From Vicinamibacterales bacterium (GTDB taxonomy: Bacteria; Acidobacteriota; Vicinamibacteria; Vicinamibacterales; UBA8438), in assembly GCA_965262925.1 (NCBI GenBank), contig CBDHGC010000004.1, positions 6,577,869 to 6,641,868 of the forward strand: DNA of 64,000 nt. The letters are read 5' to 3'. The notes under the pieces were generated by a model, which was given only the letters and a program-made list of their open reading frames with translations, was not told the origin of the DNA and searched no databases. Below, in pieces: positions 31,090-41,133 of the stretch. Numbering within the stretch: position 1 is the stretch's first letter; every line of letters starts with the position of its first letter. Made by a program: the position numbers and the translations under genes.

Positions 31090-33483
31090 TCAGAATCGGA
31101 ACAGCCGGTTGAACTTGACGACGAAGCCGCGGTTGCGCAGGTCCCAGCCCCGGTCGGGCCGCAAGCCGCCGGTGACGTCGCGGTCGTCGGTGTAGACCAC
31201 GAACAGCTCGCTGCCCGGGCTGTACTCCCAGCGCAGACGCAGGTTGCTGCCGAACGAGTTGCTCGCGGAGTTGTACTGCAGCAGGCCGCTGAAGAACATC
31301 CGCGGGTTGAACGCGTAGTTCACCCGCGTCACTGCCAGGTTGGTCTGGAACTTCCCGTACGGCGTGTCGATCCAGTTGAACGAGACCGTCGGCTCCACCG
31401 ACATCTGCGGCAGCACCGCGATACGTCCCTGGCTGAGCTGCACCGTCGTCAGGTCGCCGTCGAAGAAGGCGCCCCGCTTGACCGCCACCGTCCCGTTGAC
31501 GCGCCGCTGCTGGCCGATGGAGTAGGAAATCTGGGCGTCGGAGAAGCTGTAGCCCCCCACCGGGATCGAGAAGTCGGCCCCTGGCGGCGTGAACGGCTCG
31601 ACCAGAAGCTCGTAGTTGTCGGTCGCCGTGAAGGTGAGCTGATCGCTGGACTCGAACTCGGTCTGGAACGCCACGACGTTCTGGCGCGTCTCCAGGTGGT
31701 TCTCGTCGGCCGTCAGGATGTAGTCGATGCTCCCTTCCAGGCTGAACTGCCGGACGCTCGCGATGGACTGCGGCCGAGGGCTGAACCGTCCCGACGTGTA
31801 GGTGCGCCGGAAGTTGTCGCGCCGGAGGAAGCCCACCTCGGGCAGGAAGTTGTCCTCGACCAGCAGGTGGTCCACCTGGAAGCCGTAGCGGTCGGCGGCA
31901 TACTCGAACTTGCCCTGGTAGCTCAGGTCCTTGTCCCGGTAATCCGGGCCGGGGACTTTCGTCCGGGCGAGGTAGGTGATCACGCTGAGGTTCTCGAACA
32001 AGGCGAAGGTGCCGTCGACCCCGTAGGCCTGGCTGGAGCCGGGGGCCACCCGCGAGATCGAGCGGTTCGTGAACATCGCACCGACCGAGCTCCGCCGCAG
32101 GATGTCGCGCCGCAGGCGGACGACGGTGAAGTTGGTCGGCCGGGAGGCGGACACCATCTCGTCGTCGGTGTGGATGTTCAGCGCCCCGACGTCGAACTGC
32201 CCCACCTTGCCGGTCACCCGCGCGCCCCCGACGATGGGCACGACGCGGCCTTGTTCCAGCCCGATCTTCCGGCTGTAGAAGAGCTGCGGCACGTTGGCGT
32301 CGCCGAAGACGCCGCCGACCGGACCGCCGCCGGGGCCGCCGAACCGGCCCGTGACGCCGCCGCGCGCGAAACCGAAGATGCCCCGCCCTTCCAGGAAGAA
32401 CTCCCGCTTCTCCGGGAAGAAGAGCGGAAAGCGGGTCAGGTTGACCTGCCGCTCGTCCACCTCGACCTGGGCGAAGTCCGTGCGGTAGGTGAAGTCCGCG
32501 GTCAGGTTCTGGGTGATGCCGTACTTGACGTCGATGCCCCCGTCGCCGCTCCCCTCGTCGACGATCTGCGGGGACGCGGTCAGGTCGGTGGTCAGGCCCC
32601 CGATGGCGTACGGCTTGACCTCGATGTTGCGGCTGGCCGGGGGCGGCTCGATGCCGACCAGCGACCCGGCCGCCGAGACCCGGAAGATGCCGGCCGCCCC
32701 ACTGCCGCCGCCGGCCGACATGGGCAGCCGCGTCAGGTAGACCCACTCGTTCTTGCGCCGGATGGCCCGCCGGAGCTGGATGCCCCAGATATAGGGCGGC
32801 TCCGACCGGTAGCGCAGGGTCTTGAACGGAATCTCCATCTCGACCGTCCAGCCACCCTCGAAGCGGCCGGTCCGCACGTCCCAGACCGGATTCCAGTCGT
32901 TGTTCGGGTTGCCCTCGTTCGTGAATTGCGAGTCGGAGCGCGCCCCGAGCGGGTTGGTGTAGAAGTTGAAGCCGTTGCGACGGTCGTAGAAGGTGTCGAA
33001 GAACGCGGTGAACGTGTCGTTCTGCCGGAGTTGCGTGGTGTCGCGCCGCATCTCGTTGGCCACCCACTGGCTCTCGGGGGCCGAGTCCCAAACGCGCGCG
33101 GAGACGTAGACGTTGGTTTCGTCGAACATGATCCACGCCTCCGTCCGCTCGGTCGCGGGCGCGCCGCTGTCGGGCAACTGCTGGATGAAGCCCGTGATGG
33201 CCGGCACCGCTCCATAGACCGGTTCATCGAGCACGCCGTCCAGACGGAGACCCTCGTCGAGGCGGATTGCGCGGACCGTCGCGCGTCCCTGTTCGTCGCG
33301 GGTCATCACGGCCGGAGCGACGGGTGCCGGGGGACCGTCGATGAGAGCCGCCTCGATCACGGCGCCTGCGGAGGGGACCGCCGGCACGTCGGCAGACCCT
33401 GTCGGCTGGGGTTGAGCCTGGGCCGCGGCCACGGACGCGGTGACGAGCGCCGCGGCGAGAAATCCTGGCCTGATGCGCTTCAT
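31090..33483 (-). CDS. DUF5916 / CBM9-like outer membrane protein
   Basis: LDGVLDEP, GWTVEMEIPFKTLRY, TDFAQVEVD..VNLTRFPLFFPEKREFFLEG, LRWEYSPGSELFVVY; C-terminal Phe. Confidence 0.88.
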   Translation of the reverse strand: MKRIRPGFLAAALVTASVAAAQAQPQPTGSADVPAVPSAGAVIEAALIDGPPAPVAPAVMTRDEQGRATVRAIRLDEGLRLDGVLDEPVYGAVPAITGFIQQLPDSGAPATERTEAWIMFDETNVYVSARVWDSAPESQWVANEMRRDTTQLRQNDTFTAFFDTFYDRRNGFNFYTNPLGARSDSQFTNEGNPNNDWNPVWDVRTGRFEGGWTVEMEIPFKTLRYRSEPPYIWGIQLRRAIRRKNEWVYLTRLPMSAGGGSGAAGIFRVSAAGSLVGIEPPPASRNIEVKPYAIGGLTTDLTASPQIVDEGSGDGGIDVKYGITQNLTADFTYRTDFAQVEVDERQVNLTRFPLFFPEKREFFLEGRGIFGFARGGVTGRFGGPGGGPVGGVFGDANVPQLFYSRKIGLEQGRVVPIVGGARVTGKVGQFDVGALNIHTDDEMVSASRPTNFTVVRLRRDILRRSSVGAMFTNRSISRVAPGSSQAYGVDGTFALFENLSVITYLARTKVPGPDYRDKDLSYQGKFEYAADRYGFQVDHLLVEDNFLPEVGFLRRDNFRRTYTSGRFSPRPQSIASVRQFSLEGSIDYILTADENHLETRQNVVAFQTEFESSDQLTFTATDNYELLVEPFTPPGADFSIPVGGYSFSDAQISYSIGQQRRVNGTVAVKRGAFFDGDLTTVQLSQGRIAVLPQMSVEPTVSFNWIDTPYGKFQTNLAVTRVNYAFNPRMFFSGLLQYNSASNSFGSNLRLRWEYSPGSELFVVYTDDRDVTGGLRPDRGWDLRNRGFVVKFNRLFRF

Positions 33484-33576
33484 CGGGAGTACGCGCGTTG
33501 CCTCAGCGGTGACGGCCGCGGAGGGTTTCGTCTATCGCGGACTCGCCCAGGCGCCGCTGGGCGGCACCGTAGCGGG

Positions 33577-35001
33577 CTACTGCTCGACCACCGGCTCCCG
33601 CGCGCCGAGGGCGCGCAGCAGATCCGCGGTGCTCTCCGAGGGTGCGTTGGCGTTGCCGTACTCGACCAGATAGAGCGGCGTGCGGCCGCGGTTGTCTTCG
33701 GCGTTGACGTCGGCGCCATGGTCGACGAGGAGCTGGATGACCCCGTCCTCCCACATCGCGGCCGCTCCGTGGAGAGCGGTGCTGCCGGCCGGCGTGCTGG
33801 CCTTGACGCCGGCGCCCACCTCGATGAGCAGGGACACTGTCTCCTCGACCCGGTGGTCGGGCGGGCGACGCGCGTCGTTCTCGCCGAGCCCGGAGGCGAC
33901 CATGAGCGGCGTCGTGCCGAAGGCATTGGCCACGAACGGATCGGCCCCGGCGTCGAGCAGCACGCGCATCATCTGCAGGTTGGCATCCCGGGCCGCGAGC
34001 CAGAACGGCGTCGCTCCCTTGTACGGCGCCCGCGAGATGTAGTCGCCGCGCAGAGCCGGCACGCGATCGGCGAACCGGGCGTCGACGTCGGCGCCGGCCG
34101 CGATGAGCGCCGCGGCGAGGTTTGGCCGGTTGGTCTCGACCGCCGCGTGCACCGCGGTGCGGCCACGCCGGTCCGCGGCGTTCACGTCGGCTCCGCGCTC
34201 GATGAGGTAGTGCGCCGTCTCTTCGTGACCGCTGGCGTACGGAATGATCCGCCAGTCGATGCCGGCCAGCGCGTCGGTGCTGCGGCTGGCGACGAGCAGA
34301 GGGGTGCTGCCGTCGATGGCCCGCGCTTCGAGTTCGGCGCCAGCCTCCAGAAGAAGCTGCACGGTCTCGAGGTCGCCGGCCCGCGCCGCGAACATGAGCG
34401 CCGTGAACCGGCCGGTGGTGCGTACGCGCACGCCGCCGCCCGACTCCAGCAGTCGGCGCGCCACGTCGGCATGACCGCCCGCGGCGGCCCACATCAGCGC
34501 GGTCTGGCCCCGCTCGTGCTCGGCGAACCGGGCGTCCGCGCCGCGCTCCAGCAGCCGCGCGACGAGGGTCCCCAGCCCGTGCTGCGCCGCGGTCATCAGC
34601 ACCGTCTCGCCGGTTGGGAGCCGCGTGTCGGGATCGGCGCCGGCATCGATGAGCCGCAGCGCCACGTCGACGTTGGCGTTGTCGAGAGCGATCCAGAGCG
34701 GCGGGATGCCGAGATCGTTGACGGCGTCGACGTCGGCGCCGGCCGCGATCAGCCGGCCGGCAGTCTCTCCGTCGTTCCAGTGCGCGGCCCAGTGCAACGC
34801 GGTGGCGCCGTCCGGCTGCGTCGCGGTGGCGCCGGCGCCGGCGCCGGCGTCGACCAGCGCGCGGACCGCTTCCCAGTCCTGGCGCTCGGCCGCCTCGACG
34901 ACGCGCAGGTCATCGTCGGCGCCCACCGCCAGCGCGGGCACGCCGGAAACCGCGAAAAGGAAGAGGGCGGCCAGGAGCCAGACCCGGTGGTAGCTGCGCA
35001 T
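33577..35001 (-). CDS. Secreted ankyrin-repeat protein (copy 2)
   Basis: Signal peptide, DGATALHWAAH, GQTALMWAAA, GATPFWLAAR. Confidence 0.9.
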   Translation of the reverse strand: MRSYHRVWLLAALFLFAVSGVPALAVGADDDLRVVEAAERQDWEAVRALVDAGAGAGATATQPDGATALHWAAHWNDGETAGRLIAAGADVDAVNDLGIPPLWIALDNANVDVALRLIDAGADPDTRLPTGETVLMTAAQHGLGTLVARLLERGADARFAEHERGQTALMWAAAGGHADVARRLLESGGGVRVRTTGRFTALMFAARAGDLETVQLLLEAGAELEARAIDGSTPLLVASRSTDALAGIDWRIIPYASGHEETAHYLIERGADVNAADRRGRTAVHAAVETNRPNLAAALIAAGADVDARFADRVPALRGDYISRAPYKGATPFWLAARDANLQMMRVLLDAGADPFVANAFGTTPLMVASGLGENDARRPPDHRVEETVSLLIEVGAGVKASTPAGSTALHGAAAMWEDGVIQLLVDHGADVNAEDNRGRTPLYLVEYGNANAPSESTADLLRALGAREPVVEQ

Positions 35002-35058
35002 CAGATCTGTCTCCGTTCCCACGTGCGGACCCCGACGCCCAGGAAAACGATTCGGGTT

Positions 35059-36417
35059 CTATACATCCGACAGCTCGTGCAGCGCCCCGGTGCTGTCGCC
35101 GATCGTCTCCAGATGGACGCCCAGCTTGCCGAGCAGGCTCATGAACAGGTTCGTCACCGGCGGATCGTCGTCGTAGCTGATGTGCCGCCCGCCCTTGAGC
35201 GTGCCGGTGCCGCCGCCCGCCACCACCATCGGCAGCTTGTGATGGTTGTGCACGTTCCCGTTGCTCATCCCGGCGCCATACAGGACCATGGCGTGGTCGA
35301 GCAGCGAGCCGTCGCCGTCCTCGGTCGCGTCGAGGCGTTCGAGGTAGTACGAGAACAGCTCCACGTGATGGGTGTTGACCTTGATCAGCTTCTCGACCTT
35401 CTCCTGGTCGCCGCCGTGGTGCGACAGGGGGTGGTGGGCGTCCGAGACGTCGATCTCCGGATAGGCGCGGTTACTCGTCTCGTGAGCCACCATGAAGGTG
35501 ATGATGCGGGTCAGGTCGGCCTGGTAGGCCAAGACCTGCAGGTCGAACATCAGCTTCGCGTGCTCGCTGAACGCGCCGGGGATGCCGGCCGGCTGTTCCA
35601 TCGCCACCGACAGGTCGGTCAGCCCCTGCTGCTCGGCCATCCGAATGCGGCGCTCGACGTCGCGAATCGCTTCCGTGTACTCGTCGAGCTTGCCGCGGTC
35701 CCGTGCGCCGAGCTTGCTGCGCAGCCGGGCGAGCTTCTCGGCGACGGCGTCGAGAATCGTGCCGTCCTCCTCCATCCGCGCCAGCCGCGCCGCGGCGTCG
35801 GTCGTACCGCTACCGCCGAACAGCCGCTCGAAGACCACCCGCGGATTGTTCTCCATCGGCAACGGAGTGGTCTCCCCCAGCCAGTTGAGGGTGTTGGCGT
35901 AGACGCAACTGTAGCCGGGGTCGCAGGCGCCGAGCGGCTCCTTCGAATCGAGCGACAGCTCCAGCGAGGCGAGCTGGGTCTCGTTCTCCAGCGCCCGCGC
36001 CGCGATCTGGTCCATCGAGATGCCGGCGCGGATGTCGGCGCCGGCGGTCTTCTTCGGATGGACACCGGTCAGGAACGCCCCGGCCGCGCGGGCATGGTCG
36101 CCGGCGCCCTCGCCGGGCAGTGCGTCGCCGTGCTTGTTGGCGAGCCCGCTCACGACGGTCAGTCGATCGCGGTACGGCGCTAGCGACTGCATGACCGGCT
36201 TCATGTCGAAAGCCTTGCCGGTCGCATCGGGCGTCCACTCCTCCATGACGATGCCGTTCGGCACGTAGACCACGCCGAGCCGCTTGACCGGCGCGGCGGC
36301 CGAGACGCGGAGCGGCGTGAACGCCGGCACCATGCCGTCGAGAAGCGGCAGCGCCAGCGTCGCGCCGACACCGCGCAGGAACGTCCGTCGTGGCAAATGC
36401 GTCTTCGTGATGATCAT
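35059..36417 (-). CDS. DUF1552 family Tat-exported protein (copy 2)
   Basis: RRTFLRG, GDHARA, GACDPGYSCVY, HHPLSHH, GNVHNH. Confidence 0.9.
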   Translation of the reverse strand: MIITKTHLPRRTFLRGVGATLALPLLDGMVPAFTPLRVSAAAPVKRLGVVYVPNGIVMEEWTPDATGKAFDMKPVMQSLAPYRDRLTVVSGLANKHGDALPGEGAGDHARAAGAFLTGVHPKKTAGADIRAGISMDQIAARALENETQLASLELSLDSKEPLGACDPGYSCVYANTLNWLGETTPLPMENNPRVVFERLFGGSGTTDAAARLARMEEDGTILDAVAEKLARLRSKLGARDRGKLDEYTEAIRDVERRIRMAEQQGLTDLSVAMEQPAGIPGAFSEHAKLMFDLQVLAYQADLTRIITFMVAHETSNRAYPEIDVSDAHHPLSHHGGDQEKVEKLIKVNTHHVELFSYYLERLDATEDGDGSLLDHAMVLYGAGMSNGNVHNHHKLPMVVAGGGTGTLKGGRHISYDDDPPVTNLFMSLLGKLGVHLETIGDSTGALHELSDV

Positions 36418-38912
36418 TGCTCTCGCGCCTTCCTCATCTGAAACGGCGTGCTCTCGACGATACCGAGAATCAGCGACGACCAGCGGTAGTCGTCCGCCTC
36501 GGCCTGCCGCACGATGCGCCGAATCCACGGGTGGTCGTAGTACTCCACGCCTCGGCCGAGCGCGTAGGTCAGCAGCTTCTCGGTCACGGTGCCGACGAAG
36601 TCCTCGCGGTTGGCGAGCAGCATCTCGCGCACGCTGGCCGGCCCGTTCAGCTCGCGTCCGCTGGGCAGCGTGCCGGAGGTCTCCTCCACGGGAAGCTCCC
36701 GGTAGCCGCCGATGGCGTCGAAGCTCTCGAGCGCGAAGCCGAGCGGATCCATGCGGACGTGGCAGCTCGCGCAGACCGGGTCGGTCCGGTGCCGCTCCAT
36801 CCGCTCGCGGACCGAGCGCGGCCGGCTCTCGGGATTCGACGGGTCGGCCACCGAGTCCGAATCCTCCAGCCCCGGAACGTCGGCCGGCGGCGGCGGCGGC
36901 GGCGCGCCGAGCAGATTCTCCAGCACCCACACGCCCCGCTTCACCGGCGAGGTGCGGTTGGCGTAGGAGGTCGCGGTCAGGACGCTGCCCTGGCCCAGGA
37001 TGCCGCGGCGCCGTTCGTCCGGCAGCGTCACACGCCGGAAGTGGTTCCCCGCGACGTTCGGAACCCCGTAGTGCTTCGCGAGCCGCTCGTTGACGAAGGT
37101 GTAGTCGGAGGTCAGGACCTCGATGACGCTGCGGTCTTCCTTGATCTGGCTCTCGAACCAGAGCTCGGTCTCGCGGGTGAACGCCTCGCGCAGATTCCCG
37201 TCGAACTCCGGGAACGCGACCGGATCCGGCTTGACCGACCGCATGTTCCGCAGGAACAGCCACTGGCCGGCGAAGTTGTCCACCAGGGCACTCGCCTTCG
37301 GATCGACCAGCATCCGCCGCACCTCGGCTCTGAGCACGCCTTCGTCGCGCAACGCCCCGCGCGCCGCCACGTCCAGCAGCTCGTCGTCCGGAATGCTGCT
37401 CCAGAGGAAGAACGACAAGCGCGACGCCAGCTCCAGGTCGGAGAGGCGGTACGGCGCACCCGGCGCCGCATCCGGCGGGTCGTGCTCGATGCGGAACAGG
37501 AACTCCGGGTCGACCAGGATGGCGCGCAGTGCGAACTCGATGCCCGACTCGAAGCCGCCTCTGGCGTGTCCCACGTCATAGAACGCCATGAGGGCGGCGA
37601 GGTCGTCGTCGGTGACCGGCCGACGGAACGCGCGGCGCGCGAGGCCGCCGAGGATCTCCTGCGCGCACGCCGGCTCGGCCGCCGACCCGTCCGGCAGGCA
37701 GGTGAAGATCCGCTCGCGGCTGGGCGTGGCGGCGTCCGCCGCCGGCGCATTCGCGAGGAACGGCCCCTCGATCTCGACGATCCAGACCGCCATCGGGGCG
37801 TCCCGATCACCCGCGTAGTGGTAGGTCTCGGCCGCGCTCACCGGCTCGCGGACCCCTTCCGGCAACGCGCTCCGGCGGAGGAACGACAGCGCCACCTCGC
37901 GCATGCCCGCCTGCACCGGCATCCGGAAGCGGAGATCGGCGTCCGCGTTCCGCTCGTAGGGGGTCAGGTTGAAGACCGCGTTCCAGGCCTCGCGCTGTCC
38001 GTCCGCGCCGATCTCGAAGCGCGCGACGCGGGCGCGGTCCAGACGCACCTCCAGCTCGTTGCGGCGCTGCAGCCCCTTGATCGCATCGCCGTGCGTCCGC
38101 TCCAGGGTGACCTTGAACTCGTACTCCCCGTCGACCGGAAAGTAGTGCCGGGTCGCGAACCCGCCGCGGCTGCCGAACGGGTGCAGCTCGCTCATCCGCG
38201 TGTGCTGCATCAGCACCGGCGACGTGGTGTAGACCGCCGTGGTGGATCGGATCGACGGATCCCCGATTGCCGTCTCGGCGATCTTGCCCGCCGCAAGCAT
38301 GTAGCGCTCGAGGAGCGAAGGCGACAGCGACAGGACATCGGCGATGTTGTCGAAGCCGTAGCTCAGATCGTCGGCCGGCAGCAGCTCGCGGCCGTCGATC
38401 TCCAGGGCCAGCAGATCCCGGATCGCGTTGGTGTACTCGGTCCGGTTGAGCCGATGCACGGTCTCGTTGCCGGGGTTCGGATCGGCGGCGGCCGCACGGT
38501 CGAGCTCGGTCTCGATCCAGTCCACGAACGCCACGTAGGTCGCGGCGTCGGGACGCGGGCGCCGCGGCGGCGGCATCTCGCGGGCGCGCAGCTTGCGGAT
38601 CACCTTCTCCCACACTTCCGCGCCTTGGCCCACGTGGGCCATGTCGACCGACTCGAGGGTCAGTCCGGCAGTCTGCAGGCGGTCACTGTGGCAGGTGGTG
38701 CAGTAGCGGTCCAGGACGGCCCGATACTCTTCGCTCTCGGCGGCCGCTGCCGCGGTGGACTCCGTGCCGGCCGCGTTGGACGGCGCAGCGACGGCCTCGG
38801 ACGCCTGACCGGCCGCGCGAACCGGGGTCGGCGCAAAGAGCAGAGCCGCCAGAGCGATGACCGCCGCCGATGCGTACAAACGTCGGAAAATCGCCAACAC
38901 TGGACGCCTCAC
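36414..38912 (-). CDS. DUF1592-family di-heme cytochrome c protein (copy 2)
   Basis: CTTCH, RLNRTEY, LASRLSFFLWSS, CASCH. Confidence 0.9.
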   Translation of the reverse strand: MRRPVLAIFRRLYASAAVIALAALLFAPTPVRAAGQASEAVAAPSNAAGTESTAAAAAESEEYRAVLDRYCTTCHSDRLQTAGLTLESVDMAHVGQGAEVWEKVIRKLRAREMPPPRRPRPDAATYVAFVDWIETELDRAAAADPNPGNETVHRLNRTEYTNAIRDLLALEIDGRELLPADDLSYGFDNIADVLSLSPSLLERYMLAAGKIAETAIGDPSIRSTTAVYTTSPVLMQHTRMSELHPFGSRGGFATRHYFPVDGEYEFKVTLERTHGDAIKGLQRRNELEVRLDRARVARFEIGADGQREAWNAVFNLTPYERNADADLRFRMPVQAGMREVALSFLRRSALPEGVREPVSAAETYHYAGDRDAPMAVWIVEIEGPFLANAPAADAATPSRERIFTCLPDGSAAEPACAQEILGGLARRAFRRPVTDDDLAALMAFYDVGHARGGFESGIEFALRAILVDPEFLFRIEHDPPDAAPGAPYRLSDLELASRLSFFLWSSIPDDELLDVAARGALRDEGVLRAEVRRMLVDPKASALVDNFAGQWLFLRNMRSVKPDPVAFPEFDGNLREAFTRETELWFESQIKEDRSVIEVLTSDYTFVNERLAKHYGVPNVAGNHFRRVTLPDERRRGILGQGSVLTATSYANRTSPVKRGVWVLENLLGAPPPPPPADVPGLEDSDSVADPSNPESRPRSVRERMERHRTDPVCASCHVRMDPLGFALESFDAIGGYRELPVEETSGTLPSGRELNGPASVREMLLANREDFVGTVTEKLLTYALGRGVEYYDHPWIRRIVRQAEADDYRWSSLILGIVESTPFQMRKAREQ

Positions 38913-38952
38913 TCTCAGGATGGCGGCGGGATCAACCCCAGGCTATCCGTGC

Positions 38953-38982
38953 ATTATCCGAATCGCCCGCCGCCGGTGTCAA
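38953..38982 (-). promoter_or_regulatory. Putative sigma70 promoter for the DUF1592 copy 2 operon
   Basis: Minus strand TTGACA-N18-GATAAT. Confidence 0.5.
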
Positions 38983-39040
38983 GATGCGCTACGCCGCCGG
39001 CACGGACCGCCGGTTCCCGCAGGACCCGGACCTCGGACGT

Positions 39041-40030
39041 TCACGGGCGGGCCCGAGCCTCGGCCTGCGCCCCGGCGAGGATGTTGTACAGGCCGTAATT
39101 GCCCTCGTGGCACGCATACTCGAACAGCCTGCCGTCGGACCTCGTCATCGTCATCTCGACGCTCCAGGTACGGGTGAACGCGGTCAGATCGTCGACCGTG
39201 AAACGATAGAGCAGGGTGTCGGCATCGAGCAGGCTGAAACGCTCGACCAGATGGAGATCCGATCCAAGGGCTTCGAGGAGCTCCATGTTGGGCGCCGGGT
39301 GTGCGGTGCCGAGAGCCTTGAAGTTCGCGGTCTCGACGACGAGCGTGTCGTCTTCCCAGCGGCCTCGCGAGTCGCCCCTCCACTGGCGTATCTCGCTGGA
39401 CAGGCGCGGCTGCTCGCCCAGCGGGACGAGCCGCACGTCGTTCACCATCTCGTTGAGAATCGCAACGTGTCCCGGCGTCTGGAACAACTGAACGAAGTTG
39501 TTGTACGCGCCGGGCAGCATCGGCGGCCCGGAATTGAAGCCGAGGATGCACCGTTCGTCCACGTCGCGGTCCTCCGGACCGGCGTTCCGGCTGCGCGCCT
39601 CCTCGCGGGCGGCCATCCGCGCCCTGCCCTCGGGCATGTAGGCAGGCAGGCGCCCGTCCGGCGGGTCGACGATGAGCGATGTGCGGCGGGTCCCGGCGAC
39701 CGTCGTGCCGTCCGCGAACCAGAACCGGTTGTAGCTGCCGGGGTCGCCCGGGCGCGGCGCAGTGTCCACCCGCGCGGCGGCCCGTGCTTCGAGCGCCGAC
39801 ACGTCCTCGTCGGTCAGGAACTCCCTGCCCGCCAGATCGGCGGGTCGTTGAAGCGGCGTCAGGGAGCTGAAGTCCCACACGCCCTGCAGGGCGGACCGAC
39901 CGTCCGGCGTACGCGGCACGGACGCCTCGGTGGACGATACCGGCTGCGCGGCGACGAATGCCGGCGCCAGCGATCCGGACGCGATCACGACGACGAAAAA
40001 CCGCACCACAACGGTAAGCCGAAAGTTCAT
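39041..40030 (-). CDS. Secreted conserved hypothetical protein (PRTPDG...EYACHEGN type)
   Basis: Signal peptide, PRTPDG..LQGVW, GDSRGRWEDDTLVVET, LHLVERF, FEYACHEGNY. Confidence 0.85.
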   Translation of the reverse strand: MNFRLTVVVRFFVVVIASGSLAPAFVAAQPVSSTEASVPRTPDGRSALQGVWDFSSLTPLQRPADLAGREFLTDEDVSALEARAAARVDTAPRPGDPGSYNRFWFADGTTVAGTRRTSLIVDPPDGRLPAYMPEGRARMAAREEARSRNAGPEDRDVDERCILGFNSGPPMLPGAYNNFVQLFQTPGHVAILNEMVNDVRLVPLGEQPRLSSEIRQWRGDSRGRWEDDTLVVETANFKALGTAHPAPNMELLEALGSDLHLVERFSLLDADTLLYRFTVDDLTAFTRTWSVEMTMTRSDGRLFEYACHEGNYGLYNILAGAQAEARARP

Positions 40031-40237
40031 CTGGACATCCCTTTCGCCGCCACGATCCGTGGCTGCAACGAGAGCGTGAGTTTCGCGTGTGCCCGGACTC
40101 TCGTCCCTGCCGGTGCCGCGATCCGCTGCTTCGGAGAACAGCCTAACAGGAAACCGCCGCCCGCGGAGAACACCCCCCGCCGACCGTAAGGTCTCGCGGT
40201 TGAGCGGCCGGACGGCGGCGGACTATAATCGGCCGAA

Positions 40238-41080
40238 ATGCGCCTGTTCACGGTGGTTGCCGTCGGCGTGCTGGCCGCCCTGATCGCGACGCCTTTCGTC
40301 GCCGGCGCGCAGTCGCGCGACGCCCCGATCCCGCACGACGCGGGCCAGAGCGTGAATCCGTCGTTCGAGGGCTGGTATCCCAACGAGGACGGCACGTTCT
40401 CCCTGTCGTTCGGCTACTTCAACCGCAACTACGAAGCCGCGCTCGATATTCCCGTCGGCCCGGACAACCACTTCACGCCGGGCGCCGAGGACCGCGGGCA
40501 GCCGACGTACCTGCTGCCGCGGCGACACACCGGCGTGTTCACGGTGGTCGTCCCCGCCGACTTCGGCGACCGGACTCTGACTTGGTCGCTGACCGCCGCC
40601 GGCGAGACGTTCGCCGTTCCCGGCCACCTCCGTCCCGAGTGGCGAATCGACGCCCTGGAGGAGGTGACCAGCGGCAACCGTCCGCCGGAGCTCTCTTTCG
40701 ACACCGCAGAGGGTGACGCGCGCACCGGCCAGGGTCCCGGCGGTGTGCGGCAGTCCCTGGTCGCCGCGGCCGGCGAAGCGGTGACGGTCACCATCCGCGT
40801 TCGCGACGACCGGGTCCGCAAGCAGAGCCTGCAGGGCCGCCCGACCCGCATGGGCCTCGTCTGGAGCCAGTACCGCGGCCCCGGCTCTATCGAGATCGCC
40901 GACCCGACGCCCGCGATCGGGGAGGATGGCCTGACCGCGACGACCGTCACGTTCAGCGAGCCGGGCGACTACGTCCTGCGTGCGCTGGCCTGGGACGACT
41001 CGGGCGGACCGGGACCGATCATGGCCGGCGGCTTCCAGTGCTGCTGGACCAACGCGTACGTCGACGTTCGTGTAGAGTGA
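40238..41080 (+). CDS. Secreted hypothetical protein (EGW..FGYxNRN type, two Ig-like domains), copy A
   Basis: Signal peptide, PSFEGWYPNEDGTFSLSFGYFNRN, GQPT, YRGPG, FSEPGDYVLRA. Confidence 0.85.
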   Translation: MRLFTVVAVGVLAALIATPFVAGAQSRDAPIPHDAGQSVNPSFEGWYPNEDGTFSLSFGYFNRNYEAALDIPVGPDNHFTPGAEDRGQPTYLLPRRHTGVFTVVVPADFGDRTLTWSLTAAGETFAVPGHLRPEWRIDALEEVTSGNRPPELSFDTAEGDARTGQGPGGVRQSLVAAAGEAVTVTIRVRDDRVRKQSLQGRPTRMGLVWSQYRGPGSIEIADPTPAIGEDGLTATTVTFSEPGDYVLRALAWDDSGGPGPIMAGGFQCCWTNAYVDVRVE

Positions 41081-41133
41081 CGTTCCGGGCCGCTCCGGCG
41101 GCCATTCGATGCGTGACAAGCGGAGAGGCAGTC

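Noticed and set aside
29242-36183. 2313-aa plus-strand ORF
   Set aside because: Shadow frame of the PQQ gene and antisense to the DUF5916, ankyrin and DUF1552 genes; Arg/Gly/Ala-rich, as expected in high-GC DNA
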